Positions 9,996 to 21,900 of a DNA stretch of 34,739 nucleotides are shown piece by piece. Position 1 is the first letter of the stretch. The number at the start of each line of letters is the position of its first letter. Made by a program: the position numbers and the translations under genes. The notes below the pieces were generated by a model that saw only the letters and a list, made by a program, of their open reading frames with translations, made no database searches and was not told where the DNA came from. Source of the DNA: Phoronis australis (lineage: Eukaryota; Animalia; Phoronida); the NCBI GenBank assembly GCA_002633005.1, contig NMRA01000180.1:1-34739 (forward strand), in the 5' to 3' direction.

Positions 9996-12900
9996 GTAAG
10001 TTAATGCACTTGGCTTTGTTTAGCATACTGAAAACGGAAATCATTCTTGGTCTTTTCCTCTTATAAAATTGTCTCATAACATACGTTACTGTTTCCGTTA
10101 CTAAAACGAAGTCAAACAACCAGTAACTCGAGAAAACGTTTCGTTGATAACTGAAATTTGAAAACACATTGCCTGTATAAGTGAATTGCCTGCTCATTCG
10201 GCAACCATCAATTCAAGATCGGATGAGAGTTATACAAGCCACAAAGAGATTCGGATAACACTTCAACACTGACATCGAAACAGCAGCAAAATGTGCCCCT
10301 TTAACAATTAAGAAGCAGTTTGCTTTCCTTCCATCTATGCATGAAACACCAAGGATCATTTCAGATCTGAGTCTAAAATATAGTCTCTGAATTTAAAAAC
10401 CGACTTGAACGTTTACCAATTTTCTGGTGTATTTCAAATAAACTAACAAAATTTTGCGCTCAAATCATGCAACACAATTGGTTACTTAAAAATACGAGTC
10501 CAGTCTGTGTTCAAAGATTACACTATAGAGAAAATCCGCTTTATTTCCTTGCTTCCAAAATCACTTAAATGTACAAAGAGAAAATATGTAAAACAAGAAC
10601 GAAAATCGTTGATTACACAAAACTATTTAGCATTATACACGTGTACTTCGTTTTCGACCTGGATTTTATTTTTAACGGCAGTGAACGGTGGATGGACCAG
10701 CTTCGGAGGCTACACTCGATGCTCCACAACTTGCGGCACTGGTAGACAGACCAAACAGCGATCTTGTACCAATCCAAAGCCTTACAATGGCGGAGCACAT
10801 TGTAGTGGCCACAGCATTGAAACCAAGTCGTGTTTTACAAAGAATTGTCCAGGTATATTCATAATACCAGGAATTTAATGTCTTCCTGATATATATAGAT
10901 TATTACATGGCAACTAGCCTCGGCTTCGTAACTACTTTTTATGTCAGAGGCCCTGGGTCAGAGGTGGTGACCTTTTAAGAAAATCCGAGTTATTTTTGTC
11001 AAAATAATGTTTTTACTCAAAACCAATTGAAAATTTAAACAAAACAGACAAAGAGAATCTATAAATTAAGGTTTAGCGATAATTATAGCTTACTACACAT
11101 TATATTGCGCTAAGCATCGAGCGGGAATATATCGTCTGCTAAATTAAGTTAGCCTACCACTGGTTGCTGAGTACATGTATAATGCCCAAGTCAAAGGACG
11201 ATATCAATGGACGAATGCGGGTGCCGTGAACCGACGACACGATACCCGAATTCAAATTGGAGATCCATGATTCACAAGTAAGAAAAAATGAGAGGTAATG
11301 TTAATTAAAATGTTGTTTTTAAGGAAATTATGCGTGTTATTTTTCATAGCGTCAAAGTGTCTGTAAAATGCCCTTTGTTGATGTCACGTTCGATGACTGC
11401 TGAGTGGTGCAGTGGTAAAGTAAACGACTCGAAACTCTTGCACCGGCCTCAGTTTCCCGCCAACATGTTATTTAACGCCGTTTTTGACGGCTGCATTGGC
11501 CATTCCAGACTGATATTGTGGTATAACACTTCTTTTACCACCATATTAGCCTCGAATGGCAGATACAACCGTGTAATAACCCATAAAGTTATCTCACTAG
11601 TGAGATAAAATTTTGGCGGGAAACCGAGGCGGGATTCGAACCTGGGCGTCAACAGTTGCGAGTCGCCGACTTTACCACTGCACGTCGAACGTGAAAATAG
11701 AATACTTAAATGAGCACGCGCAACAATCCCATGTTCAGCAAAGGGCATCACAGTTATACGCTATGAAAAATAAGACGCAAAATTTCCATAAAAACGATAT
11801 TTTAATTCACTGGAATTTTTCACTCGAGTTCTCTCACTTGTAAATCACCGATCTCCAATTTGAATGCAGGTGTCGTGTGGTCGGGATCCTTTGACTTGAG
11901 CATTATAGTCAGTTACTAGTGGTAACCTACTTTAGCAAACGGTATGTGCCCAGAAGAAAAATGTCGTCTGAAATAAGCATTATATGGACATCTAAAAATA
12001 CTTATACGTGTACGTCTGTTAACTCAAGTCATGTTATTATAAAACGATTACGTTTGCAAGCTCCTCGGGTACGAATTCTTCGAACACTGTACACGTACCT
12101 TTAAACAGTACACACCATGGATTTTTGCACATTTTGAATTACCGGTGGCCACAGACTAAATGTATGACGTAAAACTTAGCTAAACCCATGTTTACTTTGT
12201 GTAATTAGCTCAAAATTTTGATTTTTTTTTTCAATTTTGCCAATTTTCACATTTCCCGCCATGTGACGTCATGGGTTGAACACAAGAGATCAGTGACTAG
12301 CATTGAACAATGGCGGAGACCAGGGAATTTGAAAGTGACGACGATTATGAGCAAGAATTGAACGAATACTATGAAGAAACGTATGAGAATGGTGGCCAGG
12401 ATGAGGAAATGGGGTTGCACGAAAGCGAGAACAAGTTTAATGTGCTTCCGGCTGCGTACTTTTCTACTTTGAGCCTTATGAACTGGATCCTCCCGCGAGA
12501 GAAGCGGCCTCGGGCTCGACGAGTCAACCCAGTCATCCAACAGACGATCCTGAATTAAGAGCTGATGTTTCTGAATGATAAATATTGTCCTTTATTGAAA
12601 CAGGCCTTCATCGTCTCCTGTGACTGGAGTCGAAACACGAGTCCTCAAAGTGGGCAGAACACAGAGTGGCCCCGGACCGAATCGCTTGGTCCACGATGAC
12701 GTCCCACACTCTCGTTCGGCGCACTAAGTCATGCCACTTCTGCGCAACTTTGGTGTCCTTCGGAACACTGAGACGTTTTCCGCCTGGCTGCTGTTGCTGC
12801 AGCCTCCGGAAACACATCTTTTGATCCCTCTACGAACCTTCTCGACGCTAAATGTACTTTGCATTCTCTTCACTCTATACGCTTTGTCTCTGATCCGAAC

Positions 12901-15900
12901 GGTATGGCGAACGACCTGGGTTCAACCCATGACGTTGAACATAATTATTATTTTTTTCAATTTTTGCGTGTTTCTTTATGAGCTGTGCACTATAAGCACT
13001 GAAATCAAGTAAGATATAATAATAAAATTTATTTTTAGGTACATGTTGTGTACACTTTAAACCTTTGCTCTTTAATATTATTGTCAACCTTCACTGTCTT
13101 AATCAAACGTTTTAAGCCTGGAGGGGACAAAATGTGAAATTGTGGACTTGAAATGAGTAAACAACCAGGAGGCACTTTGCAATGAACATGATATCCAAAC
13201 CCAAATTGATATATGAATTGCCATTGGGGGGGAGTAGTTTTTGTAATAAACAGGGGTCCACGCCCCCGTTGTATCCCCCATATCGCTCCCCCGGTGGCTT
13301 CTTCTGGTCCTTAAACCGATGATATTGTTGCGAGATGTTTTTTATTTCAAAATTAGTCAATAATTCCATCAGCCATGCAATTTGATGGCGGATCCATAAT
13401 GTAGCTTTGTACAAGATTTCTGGAAGGACTTCGGAAAGCTACATGTACTTTAAAAGTGTCGCATTCAGGTTCCCAACTGTCTGTATTACGATAGTGTTAT
13501 TCTTGGACTTTACGAGACGCATGATTTTCTATTTAACATATTATTCCTTCTACTAGCTAAGCAGTACAATTACAAGGAGAGATGTCACAAAAATATACCT
13601 AATTTTCACCAGTTCATTACATATACTTATAAGTACTATAATGCTGAAAAATTAATTGCATATAAAAACTTTGTATATGACAGCTTCTCTTCGAAATGGG
13701 AAAATTTAATTGTTCATGTTAACTACATGTAAAAGATATTTACTTTAAACGAGATACGAGAATGGTCTTCCTGAGGTATGCGTGAACGAATGGTGTACTT
13801 ATTTGTTTGTTTGTTTTTGTAATTGCTTTGTAAAAGATAATAAATACCTTAAAAAAAGAATTTATATACTGTTCTTCGTTGGTACATTATTCAGTTGACG
13901 GAGGCTGGAGCGCTTGGTCAGATTGGCCTTCATGTACAGTGCACTGCGGCGGAGGTACGCAAACACGTGTGCGCACCTGTACAAATCCTCGACCTGCTTA
14001 CGACGGCTCAACATGTCCTGGGTCTGACAAAGAATCACGTGACTGTAACACTCATAACTGTAGTGGTAAATATTCACTTTCATTACATGTTTTGATGATT
14101 TGAGATTTTAGTAATCTTAAAATGTTGTCTCCTTGAAACCTTTATGTAAGAGTACTGTTCATTTACATTTCATTCAAGCGACGAATGGAAAAATACCATT
14201 TTATAAACGCATTGGAATACTAAGTTAACCTAAAACATCATTTGAATAGTGTGCCATTATACAATGTACATGTAATTATAAAAATTATTTTAGTTGACGG
14301 TGGGTGGACGGACTGGAGCCATTGGTCAGACTGCTCGACGTCGTGTGGCAACGGTAATGAAAGTTCAAGTAGAACGTGTACCAATCCTGCACCCGCCCAC
14401 GGCGGGCAAGGGTGTCTTGGGAACGAGACGAGAATCAGGAAATGCAAACTGGAGGAATGCCCTGTAAACGGCGGTTGGAGTCATTGGAGTGACTGGGGTC
14501 CGTGCTCGATATCGTGTGGGGAGGGTACACAAACCAGCTCGCGAAACTGCAGCAACCCGTCGCCAACCAACAGCGGGCTTGACTGTGTCGGAAACAGTAC
14601 GAGAACAATTTCTTGCAAACTGAGCGAATGTCCAATAGATGGCGTATGGACGGCTTGGTCTGAGTGGAGTTCGTGTTCTCAGAAGTGCGGAGACGGAATC
14701 CAGAGCAGCTTCAGGAATTGTTCAGATCCAGAACCACAGCATAATGGGCTATATTGTCCAGGAGATAACCAGCGAACCCGGTCATGCATAATCAAAAACT
14801 GTTCAATAGACGGAGGCTGGAACTCGTGGAATCAGTGGGGCACTTGCTCCACGTCTTGTGGAGTGGGTAATCAAACAAGACATCGCAAATGTACCAATCC
14901 TCTTCCAATGTTTGGAGGGCAGGATTGCGTAGGCAATAACTCAACAGTCAGAGAGTGTAATGTTAGAGACTGTCCAATAAATGGGTCTTGGAGTGTCTGG
15001 GCTCCATGGACCGACTGTTCGACAACATGTGGCGGCGGAGTGCAAAATCGGACGAGAGCGTGTACAAACCCAACACCAAAATTTGGTGGGTGGAACTGCA
15101 GCGGTAATAATTCAGAAATACGAATTTGTGGTTTAATAAACTGCCCCGTTAACGGTGGTTGGGGACCGTGGATCGAATGGGGTCCCTGTTCCTCTTCTTG
15201 TAGTCAGGGCCTACAAACTAGGGGGAGATTCTGTGACAGCCCAGAACCATCGTTTGGAGGCAACAACTGTTCCGGTAACTATACTGCAGTGCGTTCGTGC
15301 ATAGTGAAACATTGTCCTGTTGACGGAGAATGGGCATCTTGGAGTAACTGGGGTGAATGCTCTAAAAGTTGCGGCGCAGGTATGCAATACAGATTCAGAG
15401 CATGCGTCAACCCTGCGCCACAATACGGGGGACGAAACTGTTCTGGGAACGATGCCATGACACAACAATGTTTCATAAAGTACTGTCCAGTCGATGGAGG
15501 GTGGACGCCGTGGAGTGGGTGGGGTACGTGTTCTAGTACCTGCAGCGTAGGGGTGCAGGTCAGCAACAGAACATGTACGAACCCGGCGCCAATGTATGGA
15601 GGACAAAATTGTTCTGGTAACAATACGATGTCTCAGGTGTGTATTTTGAAAGACTGTCCCGTTGACGGAAAGTGGTCAGCTTGGAATAACTGGGGGGAAT
15701 GTTCCAAAACTTGCGGCTCAGGTGATCGTGTGAGGAATAGATCATGTGACACTCCTGCACCGGAATATGGTGGAAGAAATTGTTCTGGTAACACTACGAT
15801 GACGCAGTCGTGCTTCGTAAAACATTGCCCTGTCGACGGAGTTTGGGGAGACTGGAATGAATGGGGCGCATGCTCAAGAACCTGTGGTGAAGGGATTCAG

Positions 15901-18900
15901 GTCCGCAATAGAATATGCAACAACCCGGTACCAACGTATGGTGGGCGCAATTGTTCCGGCAACAATACTTTGACACGGTCGTGCCTCATAGAACGCTGCT
16001 CAGTCGATGGAGGTTGGGGGGGTTGGAGTGAGTGGAGTGCGTGCTCAACAACTTGTGGCGCTGGTGTTCAAGTCAGCGATAGAACATGCAACAACCCCGC
16101 TCCGGCTTATGGTGGACGTAATTGTTCCGGGAATGACAATGCTACAAAATTTTGCAATGTTATTGAGTGCCCCGTTGACGGCGGCTGGACATCTTGGAAC
16201 GGTTGGAGTTCATGTTCACTCTCATGCGGGACGGGAATGCAATATAATGCAAGAATGTGTTCCAATCCTGTCCCGGCTCACGGGGGAAATAATTGCACAG
16301 GAAACGACACAGTCACACGGGAATGCCATCTCACTCACTGCGCAGTCGATGGTGGATGGACCTCTTGGACGGGTTGGTCGTCGTGCTCTGTGACCTGCGG
16401 AAACGGTGGACAGCATCGTAGCAGAACGTGCACAAATCCTGAACCTGCTTATGGCGGCGCAAACTGTAGTGGGAATAATACTGCAACCCAACCATGTTTT
16501 CATCAACATTGCCCAGGTTTGCTTTCTATGAAGTAAATTACACTGTTTCATACGACTGAATTACTGGTTTTATAGAATCATGCGGTTTACTTAAATTTTG
16601 ATTCCATGACGTCGTAAACGAATTCCTAATTTTTTTTGCTGTTTTGAAAACAGGTTTGATTCTTGTTAATCCATTTTAACTGTAACGTACAGAAATGTTC
16701 ATTGATGTCGTGTATGATTTCAACAATAATTTCAAGTATTTGTGAACGTTCTTTTAGTGAATGGAGGTTGGAACACGTGGACTGGGTGGGGAACGTGCAA
16801 TGCTACCTGTGGCGGTGGTGTTCAGGTTAGGAACCGCACTTGCAATAAACCGGAACCACAGCACAATGGATCTGATTGTGCTGGCGATGGTTCCGGAAGT
16901 CGCAGATGTAATCTTCATAATTGCCCAGGTACACTTTTGCTTCCTATCAGTCTAAACAAATCGCATTTTTTCTGAACTTTTGTAACTATTTTATTAGTAC
17001 ATCACGTGCTGTGCAATTCAACAAAATGTTCATGTCTGCGTTTTTGCAGTGAAATATTGCAGGTTTTCGCAATTTATTCGCGATTCACATTTCAGTTGAT
17101 GGGGGTTGGAATACTTGGGGGTCATGGTTCGACTGCACCGTTACTTGTGGAGGAGGTTATCAGTTACGTAATAGGACATGCACAAACCCTATACCCGCCC
17201 ATAACGGGGAAGATTGCAAGGGTCCAAAAGTTGGTTATCGGGATTGCAACACTAACAATTGTCCAGGTAAGATGTATGCACGTGGACCATCTTTACACTG
17301 ATTGGGTCAAACGCTACGTTCTTATTTAAAGAAACCAAATTATTTGATGTAACTGACCAAATCAAACGTACCATAAATAGAACTTCGGTATTCCATATGT
17401 TAAGTAGCAAATATGGTTTCTAATAAATGTATTACGCTCGTTCTTCTTAGAACCTGTTCGATCGTTTCCACTGTCGTCAACCAATAAGAAAAATCCAGTA
17501 ACAGTGCATTCGCAATTTTCATCTTTGTATCATAGTGGGTTAAAACTAAACATAACGGTAAACAATATGGCCGTGTTAATTGTATTTATAGTCAACGGAG
17601 GTTGGAACCAATGGAGCGACTGGTCGCACTGCTCAACTTCTTGTGGGGGAGGTTATCAGACGACGTCGCGGAACTGCACAGACCCAGCACCTGCGTTTGG
17701 GGGAGGTTTTTGCTCAGGAGAAGACACTCGGAATCAAACCTGCAACTCACATCGATGTCCAGGTAATTTGTAGTAAGATAATGTATTTGAAGCCCACTGA
17801 GCCCATTGTAATTTAGAATGCTCGCAAGGGAAATTACCTAGTTAGATAAGGTACTCTCTTAGAATGCAAGCTGATTTATTTGTCGAGAAGACTTGCATGA
17901 CTTGTAAATTTACAAACCGCTAAGTTTATGGAACGATGCAGTTGTTGTATTCCCTTATTGAAAAGACGATATCAAATCAAGCGCGAAACCAAAGCCAGTG
18001 GAATGTACAAGCCGACACTGCAGCTTTGGATTAAGCGAAGGTTTAGACAACCAGCAAAGCCACCATTGTTGTTATCAGGGATCACTAATACTGTAGCTGA
18101 CGAATTAGTCCCATCCCATGTCCGCGTGCACGCTAAATCCTTGGACAGTCCAGTCAAGTAGCTGACGGATTAGTTCCATTTCAAACCCGCGTGCACGCTA
18201 AATCCATAGACTGTGTAGTCAACTTTAAATTCCATGTGCTTTAAAACAGCCATAAAACCTGTTTGCAACTTATTTAGAAATGAATGCCCTACCTCCACAT
18301 GGTTGGCTTTATTGTGCCTCGCGGAAAACTAAGATGTCGCAAGCCCGTCGCATAGATGTCGGTATATAGGCGTATCCAAGTTACATTTTTCATCACCAGT
18401 GGCGGATGTAAGGGGGGAGGGAGGGGGCCATGCCACCCCAAAAAAAAATTCTCCCAAACTCCATTTGGCAGTTCGGTGGTCCGAATGTCTAACATACAAA
18501 ATCCTGGCTAATACTCTGCCCTGGCCCCAAAATCCTAAATCCGCCCCTGATCACTTTAGCTTTTCAATTTTATTTGTTGTCTTTACATGTTCATGTCTAC
18601 CGTACATATATACGTGTACTTCGATTCTTTGCCGACCCTACTCATACAGTATATGCAGTATAACGTCGTATAGAAAGTAGAGAATATGTATAGAATGAGA
18701 TTGATCTATTGTAGGACTCGCCCGGTTCTCATGAAAAAATCTGAGGTTGCGTAAAATGAAAATGAAACATTTTAGAAAACTGTAACTTACGTTTATGAGA
18801 TCTCATACTGAACACATAAAAATAAAAAATGGACATGTTATCGATACCGTTGTTTTGCTTTCAATGTACCTTTCCTATTTGCTAAATACTACCAAATAGA

Positions 18901-21900
18901 CGTGGTCACGTAAACAAAGGCTTGCAACTTTGTTTCAGTCGATGGAGGTTGGAACGCTTGGAGTGGCTGGTCCAATTGCTCACAGGAGTGCGGCGGAGGA
19001 CAGCAACATAGGTCACGAGCATGCAATCAACCGTCACCGGCCCATGGGGGAAAGGTCTGCGACGGACATCCTCTCGCCATTAGGGAGTGCAATACTCGCA
19101 ACTGCTCTGGTATGAGTGATAAAGCCAACACCTAAACTTAAGATTGTTTAAACAGGTTTCTTAGCTGATTACACCAAAGACGGTTGGGGGTCTTATATTT
19201 GACACGTTCATGCACTTTCCCCATTTTCTAGTCGTTTAACTGAACATCTTGTCTGCATCTACTCGTCCAATGGCTGAAAGAAGATCGATATTAGATTTCC
19301 TTTAGTATCTGTTTTAAACGGTTCTTTACATTCACATTCTGTACATAGTCTTGTGAGTTGGTTTGGACCATTTTCTGGTCTCAACTCATTCTTAACACTG
19401 ATTGAGATTGAGTTGTAGGCATGGAAATTTGTTTGTTATTTCTTGAGGTCATGGTTGTTTCATAACCTTCTCACTCGCAAATAGTTGTTGATTCGCGGCA
19501 GGCATCATGTTTGTTAGACAGGTTACATGTGCCCAGTAAATAGATAATTGATAATACCTACTTAGTGAAATCTAATATTCGTTTTCATTGCTGAGCATGC
19601 ATTATGAGTCGTCTGCTTCAGAATCCAGAAAGTGTTAGGCAAACGTCTGCTCGGCAAACTGGAAGCTGATGCTAGATAAATGCCACCCATATTTTCCAAT
19701 CTGTGAAAACCGAACTTCCGGATGTTTAAAATACTGCTCGTGACATAAAATGTACTCGAATACCTACACCTGCAGGAGGTACTGCTCGCGATGACCGCCG
19801 GACCAAAGTTACATGTACGTGTGTTTATTATGTTCCGTACTGCATACTACATGTCTTTCAGTTGACGGAGGATGGAACGACTGGTCTACTTGGAACCCGT
19901 GCACGGTTTCGTGTGGAGGAGGTCACCAGACTCGAAATAGGACATGTACACCTCCGCTGTTTGGTGGGATGGAGTGCGAGGGATCGAATGTTAGCACTCA
20001 AATCTGCAATATAGGCAGTTGTCCCGGTGAGCAGGAATATTCTTTGTTTAAATTTGGTCTCCATAGGCGATTTTAAACATTTAACTGACGTTTGCCCTAC
20101 AGTTCCAACGTAAGATTGTAAAATAAGTGCAATATCGCCTTTCTAATTAAAATGGATATTTAACCCGCTTTTCATCACTAAAAACACTTTTGATTCAGAC
20201 TATTCTTGTCGTTATAAAAACTTGTCCGCAAGTGTTTTGAGTCAAACTAAGGATGACACGAGGCTTCGAAAGAAAAGGATTGTGTCTGTGCGTCAACTTG
20301 TGCTTCTATCATGGTTTCAAGAAACAACGAACTATCGATTGAGTACGAAAAATTTGAGGCCAATTAAGAGGGTTCCTTCGTCAAAGTCAAAAGTTTGCTT
20401 CTATAATGAAACGCCGGTAAATTCTTTTTTGAATTGAAGTAGATGTCTAACTTCCTGATTACACCAAATTTCAATCACAGAAATGAAGGAAACCCATTTG
20501 CTCATCAAATACCGACATTGTGGCGTGGATAACAATATAATTTTTGAGTCTTTTGAAGTCCACGTACATGTATTTGGTGAAAATAGATGAAATTCAATGG
20601 CTTTGCTGTTCAATCGTCTGTTATCAGTTGATGGTGGATGGACTCATTGGACAACATGGGCCTCCTGCTCAGTGTCATGTGATGGAGGTCAAATATCAAG
20701 GTCAAGGTATTGCACCAATCCACAACCTGCACATGACGGGAAAGACTGTGATGGTGCAGGCGTGCAGACGGCAGCATGTAACCCTCACATGTGCCCCGGT
20801 GAGTCAGAAGCGTTTCTTTTTCTTTTTGTAGCGTCTCCTCCCTTATGAAAACCTAGCGTTGGATGCAATCCAACAGCATCCAGAGGAGAAATGTTTATAT
20901 CACGTTCATGACGTGACTTGCGATTAGGATATTTTATCTTAACGTTCAGAGATATGAAAGCATTTGACACCCGCAATTGAAATCACCCCGAACTCAACAA
21001 ATAACAGCGTACATGTGTAAAAGTTAGGTTTTGGTAAACTTGATTCCAACACTGACCAATTACAGGACGTGCTTAGAGTAAACTTTCAGATACACTGTAT
21101 GAATTATTTCTTTGGCATGATTGGATAACTTTGAAAGTAAGAGTCGCATTTCACTAGGAAATTGTAGATTAGAACCTGAGCGGTGGTTGAGGGACAACTT
21201 ACGAATTTACATCTATTTACGAGGTTGGCAGCTTTTCCGACGATGAAGTTTCCAGTGGAATGAACATAAGGCTTTGTGAATTTTTCTAACGCATTACACA
21301 TGATTGCTTTTCTAGTCGATGGTGGTTGGACAGAATGGAGTACTTGGACGGTGTGCTCTCTGACATGTGGTAGAGGGGAAAAGGCAAGAAACCGAACGTG
21401 CTCTCAACCCGTTCCACAGTTTAATGGGACAGATTGCCAGGGAAATTCAATTGAATCACGTGAATGCAATTCGCATATGTGTCCAGGTTAGCTCGTTTGT
21501 TGATGCATGATCTTGCTTTTTCGTATCCAAGTTTAGATTTCTGCTAGAATGGTTCCCTCACTGACTATTTTGATATTTGATACATGACAATAAATATTTT
21601 ATACAAGTCAACATGAAGTCAAATAATGGTACAAGTTGATTGTGATCAGTATTTTTCAAACACATAAACTTCTCTTGACCTCCCTACATATGGCTTTGCT
21701 TGGTTGTGTTTCCTTGCAGTCAATGGGGGCTGGTCATCCTGGTCCAGATGGAGTGCCTGCACATTAACATGCGGTAGCGGGCAGAAGACGCAGACAAGAA
21801 CTTGCACTCAGCCCCCACCGCAATATGCCGGGAAAGAGTGCGACGGAAACGACCTTAACTCCACAGAGTGTAATACTCAAGCATGCCTTGGTAAATCAGA

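Larger units (their letters stand above)
12105..13056. mobile_element. Internally deleted Kolobok-type DNA transposon (THAP transposase 5' remnant on -, KolX/P2X7-like 5' remnant on +)
   Basis: TTAA duplications at 12101-12104 and 13057-13060; imperfect TIRs acagtacacaccatg / catgttgtgtacact; perfect internal 16-bp inverted repeat 12266-12281 / 12920-12935; two convergent gene starts. Confidence 0.75.

Noticed and set aside
11622-11683. Functional tRNA gene
   Set aside because: The acceptor and anticodon stems do not pair properly and it sits in a repeat arm; treated as tRNA-derived.
14242-16536. Calling the TSR ORF hemicentin, SCO-spondin, properdin or ADAMTS
   Set aside because: Only the generic TSP1 repeat is shared; the diagnostic domains are absent and the gene has PLAT and TM exons.
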